64,000 nt of DNA from the human T2T-CHM13v2.0 reference genome, Homo sapiens. Below the pieces are notes generated by a model. That model ran no database searches and was not told the DNA's origin. It saw only the letters and a list, made by a program, of their open reading frames with translations. Of the stretch, positions 1 to 13,497 are shown piece by piece. Every line of letters starts with the position of its first letter. The first letter of the stretch is position 1. The translations under genes and the position numbers were made by a program. The stretch lies in the NCBI RefSeq assembly GCF_009914755.1, contig NC_060947.1; one strand, written 5' to 3'.

Positions 1-205
1 CAACATGGTGAAACCTTGTTGAAACCTCATGGTCTCAGGTACTTGGGAGGCTGAGGGGGGAGGATCACCTGAGCCCAGGGAGGTCAAGGCTGCAGTGAGC
101 TGTGATCGCACTACTGCATTCCAGCCTGGGTGACCGAGTGAGACTATGTCTCAAAAAAGAAGAAGAAGAAAACAAAACAACAGCAACAACATAAAAAATA
201 ACAAC
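1..205 (+). mobile_element. AluJ-like SINE (partial, internally deleted) with A-rich tail
   Basis: Right-arm text GAGGTCAAGGCTGCAGTGAGCTGTGATCGCACTACTGCATTCCAGCCTGGGTGAC followed by an A/AAG/AAC tail. Confidence 0.85.
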
Positions 206-1127
206 AATGGTAGCAGTAGCATCCTCCTGGTAGCAGTAGCTCTTGGAATCATGATCCCTCCCCCTACCACAAGAATGGTCCCTCCCCTACGCCTGAGTTG
301 GCCAGATTTCACAGAAATATTGCTAGAATATGCCACTGGCCATTCTGGAAGGGCTAGCCATCAGACCTCAGGGTCCAGCTCAGAGGTAAACTCTGTGGTG
401 ATTCTCCACAAGCACTAGGGAGTGGTTTGGGCTTTTCAGTAATACAGGCTTTCCGGCCGAGCCTATCAGGGCCATACTTTGAAGCTCTAGGAAACATGTT
501 GGCTCCCATTCCTCACCCCCTTCTCCATTATCTCTAATGCCATTAGCTCGATGTGCCATCCCACTAATGATCTACTGCTACTTGGTAGTCAGAAATTTAT
601 TTTTACTCACTACATGCCATCTATATTCCTCATCCAAGATAGTGGTAGGGTCCTTCTTAGTGGCATCATTTGTTAATCAGACTCACACAAATGAAAATAA
701 AGGAAAACAATGGCATAAATTTAAAAACAACAGAAATCTCCATTTTCTAAAATACACACGTATCTTAATAACAGCTAAATAAATCCAACCTTAGCTTCGT
801 GATTGTTTTTTACAGAAGATTAACTTTCTTTAAAATAGGAAAAGGAAAAATATAATTCACAGAAAAAAAACAAATCAAGCATGTATTTTAAAGAATGCAC
901 CTTTTCTCTAGTTCAGGAGTTTATAGAATTGCTCCTTAATCCTCAGGTGAAAAGGTTGAAAGTGGCCGATGCAGGAGTGTGTTAGCCTCCTGGAAACCCT
1001 GGTCTACCGCCAGTCTCAGGGACTCCAGCTCACCTTGGAGATAGTCCTCCTGCCTGAGTACCCAAGGGCAGAATAAGGTGGTAGCCACATGATATCTACT
1101 ATTAAACCCAAAATTTTATATATTTGG

Positions 1128-1960
1128 GTAGACATTTCAGCAAAGAAGATACATGAATGGCAAATAAGCACATTTCAAAAGATGCTCAACATCATTAGTC
1201 ATCAGGAAAATGCATATTGACACCACAATGAGATAGTATTTCACATCCCACTAAAATGGCTATAATTTAAAAAAAAAAAGACAATGACAAATGTTGGTGA
1301 GAATATGGAGAAACTGGAACCCTCATATGTTACTGGTGAGAATGTGAAATGGAAAACAGTTCATTAGTTTATTTAAACTTGAAACCTAAATTTACCTTAT
1401 GACCCAGCAATTCCTCTCCTAGGAATCTACCCAAGAGAAATGAAAACATATGTCCACACAAAGATTTGCATGTAAATGTTCATAGCACCATTATTCACGA
1501 TAGCCAAAAATGTGGAAACAACCCAAATATCCAACTGGTGAATGGATAGACAAAATGTGGTACAGCTGTAACAACAGAAAGCTATTCAATAATAGGAGGG
1601 AATAAAATGATACATGCTAGAGAACATGAATGAATTTCAGAAATAACATTATGCTGAGTGAAAGAAGCCAGATCCAAAAGACCACATATTGTATGACTCC
1701 ATTTCTATTAAACGTCCAGAATAGGCAAATCTACAGAGACAGAAGGTAGATTGGTGATTGCCTCAGGCTGGGAGTGGGAAAATAGGTTAAATTGTAAACA
1801 GGCATGAGAGATCTTCTGTGGGTGCTGGAAATGGTCTAAAACTGGATTATAATGATGGTTGCACAACTTGGTAAATGTTTTTTAAATCACTAAGTTGTGC
1901 TCTTAAAATGGGTGATTTTTGTGTGTAAAATATGCCTCAATACAATTGTTTTTAAAAAAA
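1128..1960 (+). mobile_element. Old L1 (L1M-class) ORF2 3' end and 3'UTR
   Basis: GACATTTCAGCAAAGAAGATACATGAATGGCAAATAAGCAC...GACCCAGCAATTCCTCTCCTAGG, ending in an A-run. Confidence 0.85.
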
Positions 1961-2406
1961 TAGAAATTTTAACAGAGCTGCATTTTATACAGCACCAGCC
2001 CCTCATTCCTCCAGCTCCTCTGATGGGAGTCCCTTGTGATCTTAACCCCCATGAGGTCCCCAGAATCCACTAAGTCCCCTGGAGAAATGGCAGAGCTACC
2101 TTCAGCTGCACTGGCCAGGTTTCTACATTCTTAAGTCTGAATGGACCTTTTGCAGAGATGCCAGTTCCTCCAGGAGACAATTTCCACCAAATGCTGAATC
2201 ACACCATGGCAGACAGAAAATTCTTACACACCTCCAGGTTGCACTGGGAGAGGCCCCTTGGGAGTGGGGATAGGGGTTCCTGTGGGAAGGGGGGTGTTCT
2301 CTAGACCTCTGGCAGTTAACAACCTCTTCTTATTCATCCCTGTTTGCTCCATTTTCTTTCTCAAATAAAAGATACTTTCTGAATAGTCACTGCATGTACC
2401 AAGCAT

Positions 2407-2480
2407 GATAGATAGACAGATAGATTAGATAGATAGATGGATAGATAGATAGATAGATGATAGATAAATAAATAGATAGA
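2407..2480 (+). repeat. (GATA)n imperfect tetranucleotide microsatellite
   Basis: gatagatagacagatagattagatagatagatggatagatagatagatagat seen directly. Confidence 0.95.
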
Positions 2481-2494
2481 GGCACATAGATATA

Positions 2495-2725
2495 TAATTT
2501 AACAAACACTTATATGGCACTTGTTGCCTGACACTCTTCTAAGTGCTTTACAAACGTTGTTAACTCATTTCACCCTTGCAACCATACGAGATACGTATGC
2601 TGTTATTACCCCTCACTTTAACAGATAACAAAGGAGTGATTTGTCCATCTAATAACTGAGAGCCAGTATTTGAAGCCAGACTGTTCTCTAGAATCTGTGC
2701 TCTTAACCACTGTTATGTTGCCTCT
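2495..2725 (-). mobile_element. MIR SINE
   Basis: TTCTAAGTGCTTTACA...AACTCATTT...GCTCTTAACCACTG resembles antisense MIR. Confidence 0.7.
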
Positions 2726-2898
2726 CAAAAACAGCATTGTGTTTAATTCTGCAAATTACTTAGTGAAGTCAGTGCTCTCATCTCCATTTTATGAACAAGG
2801 AGACAGCTAGGACTGGACTGTAGATTTTCCAATTTCCAGCTGAAGGCTTTTATTCCATTATGTTGTTAATTGCCTCTTCCCAAGCTTTTTCTTCCACA

Positions 2899-3081
2899 CC
2901 AGTGTTTCTTAAATTTCAGCACACATCAGAATCCCCTGGAGAAATCCCAAGACCCCTCCACCTCAACCCTAGAGTTTCTGATTCAGTGGGTCTGGGGTGG
3001 AGCCTGATAATCAGCAATTTCAGTAAGTTCCCAGTGATGCTGTTGCTGCTGGTTCAGGGACCACAATTTGAGAGCCCCTGC
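2899..3081. mobile_element. MER5A-like hAT MITE
   Basis: CAGTGTTTCTTAAA...TCAGAATCCCCTGGAG...GTTTCTGATTCAGTGGGTCTGGGGTGG...GGGACCACAATTTGAGAGCCCCTG. Confidence 0.8.
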
Positions 3082-3898
3082 TTGACACGTATCCACTCAG
3101 ACTAACTTCATCCCAGGAGATTCTGTAAAGTTATACTAATATTAGAACACAAGGGTTTATTATTAGCTATTGGCTGCTCAGGCCAATTCCAGGAGCTAAA
3201 GAGATTGGGCTTTCACATTCTTTGCTTTTCCTCGTGTGTTTTTGGGTAGGAACGGATCATCCCTAGAAGATTCATTTGCACATTCAAGCTTGACATACAT
3301 TGCTCTAGTTGCCTTCTTAGAGCCCAGATTTCCTTTTGCAAATCCAAATTTCCATTTGGCTTCTACTCACTGTTATATATTTAATAAAATTAAAAACACC
3401 TGAATTTGTATCACCTGCTATGAGGCTTAGTGCAGAAAGGTCACGGATTTGGGGTCACACAGACTTTGGTGAAATCTCAGATCCTTTCATTGACACTTGA
3501 GACTAAGTCATCATCGATAAATATGGGGTGATTAGTCTACCTCAGGACTTTAGTGCATTGTGATCTCAAACTTGTAGAAGTGTCTAACACATATAGGCAT
3601 TCAGAAAAGATTATAACATGACTACAACCCTATTGGGGAAGAAATGACTTCAGTTGCATCCAAAACAGGGTCCAAAGGACAGTGGCCTAAACAAGACAGA
3701 TGTTTATTTCTGATTCACATAAAAGTCCAAATTGGTGTGATGGCTCCACTTAATGAAGTCATCAAGGGCCTAGGCTTCATCTCTTTGGTGACTCCTCCCT
3801 AGGCCCACATCCCTGCAAGTGGGAAGAAGGATACATCTTTTTTACTCATATCCCATAGGCCGGAACTTAGTTATATGGCCACACCTAGTGTCATGGAA

Positions 3899-4266
3899 TG
3901 CTATTAGAATATGTCTTCCAAAGTTCATTTGTTGGAAACTTAATCTCCAATGCAACAATGTGGAGAGGTGGGAACTATAAGAGGTGATCAATAATGGATT
4001 AATGTCATTATCTTGGGAATGAGTTAGTCATCACAAAAGTGGGTTTGTTAGAGAAGTGAATGTGGCCCCCTCCCATTCTTTCACTCTCACACTCTGCCCT
4101 TCCAGTTTCCACCATGGGATGACAGCACAAAGGCCCTCACCAGTTGCTGACACCATGACTCTTGGACTTCCCAGCCTCCAAAACCATGAGCCAAATAAAC
4201 TTCTATTTATTATAAATTATCCAGTCTTGAGTATTCTGCTATAGCAGAACAAAATGGACTAAGACA
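3899..4266 (+). mobile_element. MST-family (MSTB-like) MaLR solo LTR
   Basis: TG...CAAAGTTCATTTGTTGGAAACTTAATCTCCAATGC...AATAAA...AAAATGGACTAAGACA. Confidence 0.8.
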
Positions 4267-4749
4267 CAGAATACCTAACTAAAAATCAGGAGCTTTATGG
4301 TTTCAGAAGAAAGGGAGAGTGGCTATTGGGGGACAATTTGCAGTTTCTGTACATATATTTCTTTATTTGATCTAAATAGGGTGCCATGCCAGGGAAGGGA
4401 GTGAAGAAACTGGGAAGACAAATACAAACAAAGTAGAGCTCCAGTCCTAAGAGGCAGCAGAAATCCTGAGCAGGATTCAGCATACTGGGAGAGGAAACTA
4501 GGCCAAAAACCAGACAAAGGACACCAGGTCAAGTCTAGATGGCAAGCTGTAAGGCTAACCTGCCACTCAGCCATAGAGCATGGATAGACAGGCCCTTAAG
4601 AAGCTTCTGGCCTTGATGGGCTGAGCCATCCCCTGGGGTTCACCTAATCTGCAGGGAAGAGGGAGGTAAGGTAGAGCCTGGATTTGGACAAGTCCCTGAC
4701 CTTTCCATGATCCAGATCTCCTTGGCCACTATCCTAACCCAGTCACATC

Positions 4750-5810
4750 ATCGCATCCCCACCGATAGTATATGAGTTCTCTTTTCTCTACATCTTTGCT
4801 GGTATTTGTTATTTTTTGTCTTTGATAGTAGCCATTCTAACTGGGGTGACATAGTATCTCATTGTGATTTTGATTTACATTTCCATAAAAATTAGTGATA
4901 CTGAGCATTTTTTCATATACTTCTTGGCCATTTGTATGTCTTCTTTTGAGAAATATCTATTCAGATCATTTGCCCATTTTTTAATTGCATTATTTGTTTT
5001 TCCACTGTTGAATTGTTTTAGCTCCTTGCATATTCTGGATATTAATTCCTTGTCAGATGAATATCTTGCAAATATTTTCTCCCATTCAAGGAGTTGTCTC
5101 TTCACTCTGTTGTTTTCTTTGCTGTACAGAAACTTTTTAGTTTGATATAATCCTATTTGCCTATTTTTGCTTTTGCTGCCTGTGCTTTTAAAGTCTTAGC
5201 CATAAAAATCTTTGCCCAGACCAATGTCCTGAAGCATTTCCCCTATGTTTTCTTCTAGTAGTTTTATAGTTTTGGGACTTACATTTAAGTCTTTAGTCTA
5301 TTTTGAATTGATTTTTGTATATGGTTAGAGATAGGGTCCTAGTTTCATTCTTCTGTATATGAATATCCAGTTTTCCCAGCACTACTTATTGAAGAGACTG
5401 TCCTTTCCCCAACATATGTTCTTGGTGCCTTTATTGAAAATCAGTTGGCTGTATATGGGGGATTTATTTCTGGACTCTCTATACTGTTCCATGGGTCTAT
5501 ATCTGTTTTTATACCATGATGTTTTGGTTACTATAGCTTTGTAGTATATTTTGAAGTCAGGCAGTGTGATGCCTCCAGCTTTCTTCTTTTTGCTCAGGGT
5601 TGCTTTGGGTAATCAGGGTCTTTTGTGGTTCTATACAAATTTTAAGATGTTTTTTCTATTTCTGTGAAAAACGACCTCAGTATTTTGATAGAGATTACAT
5701 TGAATCTGTAGATCATTTTGGGCAGTATGATTGTTTTGACGATATTCATTCTTCCAATCCATGAACATGGAGTGTATTTCCATTTTTTGTGTCCTTTTCA
5801 ATTTCTTTGT
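4750..5810 (-). mobile_element. Old L1 ORF2 3' region (decayed)
   Basis: ORF 4875..5105(-) [19 protein letters not shown]...[18 protein letters not shown] is homologous to the ORF2p C-terminal region. Confidence 0.9.
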
Positions 5811-6362
5811 GTGAGTGTGTTAGGATGACATTGTGGCTCCAGGGATGTGAAGATGCAGGAGCTATTGGGACCCCAAGCACTCCAGCAGTGACTCCATCCT
5901 CAAAATGGCATTGTGCTTACAGCAGCCTGGGTCCTGGGGAGTGGGGTGGGGAGGGGCCCCAGTGTGAATTCCCTTTCTGGAGTAATGCAGCCGCATGGAC
6001 TCCAGGCAGCCCCTACACTGGGCTCAGGGCCTGTGAGGATTGTGGGGCTCTCCTAAAGCTGGGATTGCAGGTGTATGTGGAGGGAATGTGGACTACTGGA
6101 GATCTCCCACTTACTTTTTCCCTGCAATGGGGAGTCCCTCTTGGCTCAGAGCAGATGCTAGCCAGGTGCTTCACTTTCCTCTCTATGCTGCCATCCCAAG
6201 TTTCCATGCCTCAGAGGGTCTTTGTCATTTCCTTGTTGAATTCCATTGTTCTCCCCTAGATGCTGTATTCCATATGTGATTATCTACTTGTTCTTTTCGT
6301 CCTTCTTTGTGGAAAGGGTGAATGTTGGGCACCCCTACTCAGCCATCTTGATGATGTCTCTC
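5811..6362 (-). mobile_element. Probable 5'UTR of an older L1
   Basis: Minus strand starts GACATCATCAAGATGGCTGAGTAGG (YY1-type CAAGATGGC, 6342-6350); GC-richer, and abuts the ORF2 fragment. Confidence 0.6.
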
Positions 6363-6697
6363 CCAAATCTTTTATGACAGTAGTGGTGGTGGGCTTCCAA
6401 CTGATTCTAATCAGGTTCCCCTTGCTTTGGAGTAAAGGCTTCCCCTTCACGCCTCATTGTCACCAACAACCACAACCTGCCATTTTGAGGACAAGAGCCC
6501 AGGACACTTGGTCAGTGGGTTGCTGGGGGGCATTCACATTTGAGGAATGCTTAGCAATGAGCCCTCTCCACTGAACTCCTGATCCTCAAGATGCAGGATC
6601 CTTTTCCTGCTGGCCACTTTGAGGTCTCTGGAACTCTCACTTCCCCCTTTCAACAGAGATACCCCTCTGCTGCCTTCTCTTCCCTCTTACTCTAGAT

Positions 6698-6881
6698 CCC
6701 AGGTTTTCAACAGGCTGTACATTGGAATCACTTGAGGAGCATTTAAAAATGCTGATGCCTGGGCCCCACTCCAGATCAACTGAACTGATTGAATTGATCC
6801 AAGGTGGGGTTTGGTCATCTGTATTTTAAGAAGCTCTTCAAGTTACTTTCATGAGCAGCCAAAGTAAAGAACCACTGCCCT
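6698..6881. mobile_element. MER5-family hAT MITE
   Basis: CATTGGAATCACTTGAGGAGC...GATGCCTGGGCCCCAC...AGAACCACTGC. Confidence 0.7.
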
Positions 6882-7004
6882 ATAAGAAAATAAGTCACTC
6901 TCTAGAGCCAGGTAATAGACTTAGAGTTCCATAAACAGGAAATTGTTGGCAGAGCAGATTTCAAATTCAGATGTCCAGGATCTCTGTGTGCTAAGCAATA
7001 AGCT

Positions 7005-7171
7005 GGTACTTCTCTAAATTTAAAGTGCAAAGGAATAACCATAACCCAAGGTTCCAGTTAAAAATGCAGATTATGATGCACTAGGTCTGGGGTGGGACCT
7101 GAGATTTTGCACTACTGACAACCAGATGATGCTGGTGTTGCTGGTCCTCAACCATTCTTTCAGTAGCAAGG
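7005..7171. mobile_element. MER5-family hAT MITE
   Basis: AAAATGCAGATTATGATGCACTAGGTCTGGGGTGGGACCTGAGATTTTGCA...GTAGCAAGG. Confidence 0.7.
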
Positions 7172-8219
7172 TGATATGCTATGTAGCTTTCAGAAATGGA
7201 GAAGAAAAACAGTGTGACCAGGAGTGACATTGATGTCATCCCTAGTGCATAATTATCTTTCTAATTTCAGTACCCATGAAGTTTTATTCCCTCCCAGGAA
7301 TTTGGTACCTTCCGGCACTTTAAGGGTGTAGGACCTTTGATGCAGGTAGGCCAATAACTCGGGCTTTTGTCCATTTGCTTCTGGGCTCCCCTGTAACTTC
7401 TGTAGCTTCCTCTAATTGTCTCCGACACTGGGTTTCCTGAACCCAGTGATGGCAAGCAGATTTCTTCCAGATGCAGGCAGTATTTCTTCCTGCCTTTGGC
7501 CCTGCTCACGCTAGACTGGGGTTCAGTGAGCCCCACATGCAAGGCTTTTGGCCTATCTTCCTTTACCTTGTTTTCAACGCTGTGTGACCTCCTGTTTTCA
7601 TGCCTCTGTTTCTACCCAACTCCACCAAGCTCACCCTTCTCCTGGTTTTTCGACCTGGCATCAACCTTGGCACATCAAACCCAGATTCTCTGGTCCTACA
7701 CCCACCTTGTTTAATAGAATGACTCAATCAGGTTCAGACTTCTGTGCCTTTAAGGCCATCAGAGACCTTTCAGAACCCTGAGCCTTCAAAAGGGAATCCA
7801 TGTAAACAAAAACTGTCCACCAATATTTACCAACATAACCTTATCAATTCCCTTTCTACTCTCTCTGCTTATGGCAAACGTTGATTCTGGATTTGTCCCA
7901 AAAACCTTGTTTCTCACATTCAAAGCTCCTCATTTGTGCTTACCTAGAGTCCGATGACTTAGCTTTGCCTTACTGTCTTTCTAGCATCTCGTGCCTGACC
8001 TTAGCCATTTCCTGTTTCCAGGCCCATGACTCCTTTCTCAGTATTGACCATTTGAAGCCCCACTATAAACAAGGCCCACGAAGGGACAACTGCACAGTAC
8101 CAGCAACTGTCACTCAGCTCTACTGCCTCTCCCTTGCATCTGGCAACGCCACTTCATTTACTTACAGAATCCTGCCAGGTAAAACAAAACTAGTGACCTG
8201 TAACCGAGATCAGCACCAC

Positions 8220-8382
8220 CTGATGTTCAGACTTTAATGTGCATAGAAACCACCTGGGGAATTTATTAAAAATGCAGATTCTGAGTCAGTAGGGCAGGTA
8301 CAGGGTCTGGGACCCTGCATTTTCTAACAAGCTTCCAGAGGACGCCAATGCTGCTCACGGATCTTCCCTTGAGTAGCAAGGT
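8220..8382. mobile_element. MER5-family hAT MITE
   Basis: CACCTGGGGAATTTATTAAAAATGCAGATTCTGAGTCAGTAGG...TGAGTAGCAAGG. Confidence 0.7.
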
Positions 8383-8430
8383 CCAAGAACATACTTTTGT
8401 AATGAAATATTCCAGCCAGCCAAAAGTTAA

Positions 8431-8938
8431 TGTTACCAGGAAGGGGTCCCGATCCGGACCCCAAGAGAGGGTTCTTGGATCTCATGCAAGAAAGAATTCA
8501 GGATGAGTTCATAGAGTAAAGTGAAAGCAAGTTTATTAGGAAAGTAAAGGAATAAAGAATGGCTACTCCATAGACAGAGCAGCCCTGAGGTCTGCTGGTT
8601 GCCCATTTTTATGGTTATTTCTTGATGATATGCTAAACAAGGAGTGGATTATTCATGTCTCCTCTTTTTAGACCATATAGAGTAACTTCCTGTAGCAGTG
8701 AGGACGACCAGAGGACACTCTCGTTGTCATCTTGATTTTGGTGGGTTTGAGCCAGCTTCTTTACTGCAACCTGTTTTATCAGCAAGGTCTTTATGACTTG
8801 TGTTTTGTGCCAAACTCCTATCTCATCCTGTGACTTAGAATGGCTTAACTGTCTGGGAATGCAGCCCAGTAGGTATCAGCCTCATTTTACCCAGCCCCTA
8901 TTCAAGAAGGAGTTGCTCTGGTTCAAACCCCTCTGACA
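8431..8938 (-). mobile_element. MER41 (MER41A-like) ERV1 solo LTR
   Basis: TG...CA termini, 4-bp TSD TTAA (8427-8430 / 8939-8942), and inverted homology to the LTR at 12460-13950. Confidence 0.9.
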
Positions 8939-9312
8939 TTAACATCCTTAAAAATACATTAGACACTCTTTTCAAACATCCCTAGCTGGAAGCAGTTACT
9001 ATATAAATATATCCTATTTTCCACGGTTTTTCTCTATCATCAAATATAATAGTTCTTTACACTTGCCCTGAAATCTTACAGTAAGGTCATATATCTCCTT
9101 AGGATGGCCCTGAGTCCATCTCTCTGAACCACAGGTGGCCTAGACCTCTCCCTGGCTGTTCAGGCCCAACAAATGGGTTTTCTTGACACTCCCTTGGGCT
9201 GTGGCCATAGCAATAAGGGTCTGCATTCCAATAGCCTAGGCCCTTGTGACTGCTATTTCCTAACCAGAAATTCCCCGGCAGCCTATTCTTTTGGGAAAAG
9301 GGTCTATGCACC

Positions 9313-9707
9313 TGTATTAGTCAGCACAGGCTGCCATAACAAAATACTATAGACCATATGGCTTAAACAACAGACATTAATTTTCTCACAGTTCTGGAGA
9401 GTAGAAATCCATGATTAAAGTGCCAGCAAATTCAGTTTCTGATGAGAGCTCTCTTCCTGTCTTATAGACGACCGCCTTCTTGTGCGCTCACATGGCCTTT
9501 CCTCTGTGCATAGAGGAAAGTGGAGAGAGAGCTCTGGTGTCTCTTCCTTTTCTTATAAGGACACCAGTCGTAATGGCCCCACCCTTATGACCTTGTTTAA
9601 CTTCCATCACCTCCTCAAAAGCACTATCTCCAAATGCAGTCACATTCGGGGTTAGGGCATCAGCCTATGGATTTAGAGAGGGAGGGAACACAACTTGGTC
9701 CATAACA
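9313..9707 (-). mobile_element. MLT1A-like MaLR solo LTR
   Basis: TGTATTAGTCAGCACAGGCTGCCATAACAAAATAC...CTCACAGTTCTGGAG...GTCCATAACA. Confidence 0.8.
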
Positions 9708-10016
9708 GCCTTCTTCTGCACGAATTGAGGCACTACCCAAGTGACTAACCCCTAATTGAGGGGCCAGACTCAGGCTCAGCTTCCTTCTACAGCCGGCTGG
9801 GCATGGGTAGTCAGAATCAGGGGTGAAGCTCCAGGAAGGGCCAGGACCAGCTTTAAGCTTCAGATCTGGCAACTCAGAAACAAGTGAAAAAGGCCCCGAA
9901 AAAGGACTGCAAACAGCTTTTGATTTGTCTTTATCTACAAGTGAGTGATGGGTATACTGGGTGGGAGAAAAGAGCCAGAGGCAGAACAGACACTCACTGA
10001 CCCTCGACTTCCCTAT

Positions 10017-10176
10017 CTTTTTTTTTTTTAAATAGGCATTGTCTCACTCTGTCACCCAGGCTGGAGTGCAGTGATGCGATCTTAGACCGCAGCCACAAAC
10101 TCCCCCTCTCAAGCAATTCTCCCACCTCAGCCTCCTAAGGGGCTTGGATTACAGGCATGAGCCACTGCACCCAGCC
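10017..10176 (-). mobile_element. Alu monomer (FAM/FRAM-like)
   Basis: T-run, then a single Alu arm ending GAGCCACTGCACCCAGCC. Confidence 0.8.
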
Positions 10177-11299
10177 AACTTTTCTAACTTATTCATAGAT
10201 TTTGTGTGAACTCAAATGTGCATTCAGCGCCCCCATAAGAATCTATTCCTGTGGCAAATTGCTACTGGCATAAACTTTAGAATTAAAAATAATCTGTTTC
10301 TACTGGAATATTTTTAAGGAGCCAAATCCACAGCAACTATTTATAAACTACTTTTGACTAGAGACTGAAAGAGAACATTTAAAGGTAATCCCGCAGCAAT
10401 CATAAACACAGAATCCACTTACATATATATGTTAAAAGTAATGTTTACTTAGTAACCTCTCATTTTTACTACCATGTCTGAAAGAAAGAACTTGGAATTA
10501 AAGCACAGCCAACTCATTTTAAGCTTTTGAGACACAAATCCCCCGCAATTACAAGACATCAGTGAACACTAGATGGTGACATAAAGAACTGAACTTACAA
10601 ATGAACTAAACCATTGGCAGATCTAGCACTGAAAAGGTGGGAAAACCAATTCTGAAAGTTCTGAAATGAAAATTAGAAAATAAAAACAAAACACAAAAGG
10701 ATGAAGACAATCCCGGATCAGGCTCCTCTTAGCAGTTTACTTGAGGTTAATAAATATCATACTGGATCCCAAGTTAGCAACAATTTGAAGTGGAGAAAAT
10801 GGAGCTTTCAGAAAATTAACACTTAAAACACCAAATCACCCCAAATGCCCAAAGTAAAATAAAAAGCTAGAATTACAAAATAGCTTGATCTGGAAACATC
10901 AGCTTAACAAAGAGATTTAGGTAGCAACTGACTGGAGTTTGAGACTTAGCCTGGCCACACAGACGACTTTTATAAACATGTTTACATTTTCCCACATTGC
11001 ACCATTCTGTGAATTTCTGTCAAACTTTAAGGCCCTGGGGAAAAGAGGGGCAAAACTTCCCCCTTCCCCTGATTCAATGCTAGTGAAAGACCCCAGCACA
11101 GAGCCAAGCACCAGCTCTTGCTGAATTGCCCCCCTCACCTCCTCCCCAATATAGCACCTTTCAGATCTCCAGAGGCCAAAAATTTGGGGTCTCTGCTATT
11201 GGAAAACTCACTTCAGAAACCCATCAGAAGAAAAACAACTATAATGAAAATACAGCTTCTTTATCCTTGCTGGTTTTCAACTTTTACAAGAGTTTGTTT

Positions 11300-11700
11300 A
11301 TAGTGGGGTATAAATTAGCCCAAGAAATTGAAATCAGATATAGCTCGGGCCTCTAAATGCAACCCAAGTGGGTGGTGATCTAGGAAGGCCCCCTCTGCCT
11401 TGTCAGAGTTCGTGGTTGCAGGGGGTAGGGGGCGGGCCGCTGTTCATTGCCGGGACAGCAGCAGCCTCCCGCCCTCCTCCCTGGTGCCTCCCCATTGCTG
11501 CTGGCATTCCCACACTGTTCCCGCGGCCACCAGCCTGGATGAAAGCATGCAGGCTGCCCGGGAACTCTGACAGCAACTCCCGCGGCGTCCACTGCCAACC
11601 CTCCTGCCCCCAGTCCACTTTCAGCTGCTGAAATCGGAACGACTCTTTGGAATTGCTAATGCCAAACTTTTCACTTCACAGAGAGACGGAGTTCAGAGTC
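11300..11700. promoter_or_regulatory. CpG-enriched non-repeat patch, candidate promoter/enhancer
   Basis: About 15 CpGs in 11341-11690 against a CpG-poor background; GC box GGGGCGGG at 11429-11436; TATAAA at 11309-11314. Confidence 0.4.
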
Positions 11701-12641
11701 TGCCACAGGCAAAATTGCCAAGTACACACAATTTGTCTCTTTGGAACCCCTCTCCCTCTTTTCTAGATAACATTTGCTTTTTAATAGCTACTTCCGAGGC
11801 TGCGGCCCCTCCCTGACCTCCTCTCACCCCAGAAGAAGGCTACCTCCTCAGCCTCCATGTGGGGCCAGCCCTGGAGAACTGAGGGTTGATTGCTGCGAAC
11901 GCCTTGCTTTATATTCTGCAGGGAAGCCCCGCTGAGAGAAAATCTATTTCATGTACTTTCTCAAATGGGCAGCAGCTCTCTGAAATGAAATCCTCCTGCA
12001 TGATCAACTGAAGCCCCAGAATGCGAAAGCAAAATAAATTTGGCTAGATAGAATGGATGCAAGCTATTTGATCAATCCCAGAAGCTCTTCCAAGAGATAC
12101 CAGCGAAAGTTAACAGGTAACAAATTACCGCTGCAACTTCTCATCTTAACAGGGTGGTGGAGAAGCAAAGAAGCCCAAGCAAGCCTATTTAGGAATGAGG
12201 AAATCTTTAAACCCTTTAACTGAAGCTTACTGTATCTATTTCAACCCTTGAAGCTGAGGATGTTAAACTTGTTCCTTTTTCTTTCCTCCAGTATTGTTGA
12301 GGGTCTTCTATTTGCCAGGTACTATGCTGGTTCTGGGAATGAAGTTACCAACAAGTTAGACTAGGTCTAACACTAGTGCCTGCCTACATGTAGGTCACAG
12401 TCATGCAGAAAAGACAAGCAAGAGAGCTAAGCCTAAAGCGAAATAATACAGGGTGCCAGTGTCAGAGGCGTTTGAACCAGAGCAACTCCGTCTTGATTAG
12501 GGTCTGGGTAAAATGAGGCTGAGACCTGCTGGGCTGCATTCCCAAGAGGTTAGGCATTCTTAGTCACAAGATGACATAGGAAGTCAGCACAAGATACAGG
12601 TCACAAAGATCCTGCTGATAAAACAGGATGCCATAAAGAAG

Positions 12642-13287
<646 letters not shown>

Positions 13288-13333
13288 TAATTTTTAAATG
13301 AAATAAAATAAAATTATCTCAGTTAAATAAAAC

Positions 13334-13497
13334 AGGAAGAAGAAAGAAGAAGAAGAAGAGGAAGAGGAAGAGGAAGAAGAGGAAGAGGAAGAAGAAGATG
13401 AAGAAGAAGAAGAAAGAAGAAGAAGAAGAAGAAGAAGAAGAAGAAGAAGAAGAAGAAGAAGAAGAAGAAGAAGAAGAAGAAGAAGAAGAAGACGACG
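13334..13497 (+). repeat. GAA/GAG polypurine tract with pure (GAA)25 at 13416-13490
   Basis: Counted directly; it produces the spurious poly-F/L/S ORFs on the minus strand. Confidence 0.97.

Noticed and set aside
11368-11631. Overlapping short ORFs as a coding exon
   Set aside because: No recognisable domain; open frames on both strands are expected in GC-rich sequence.
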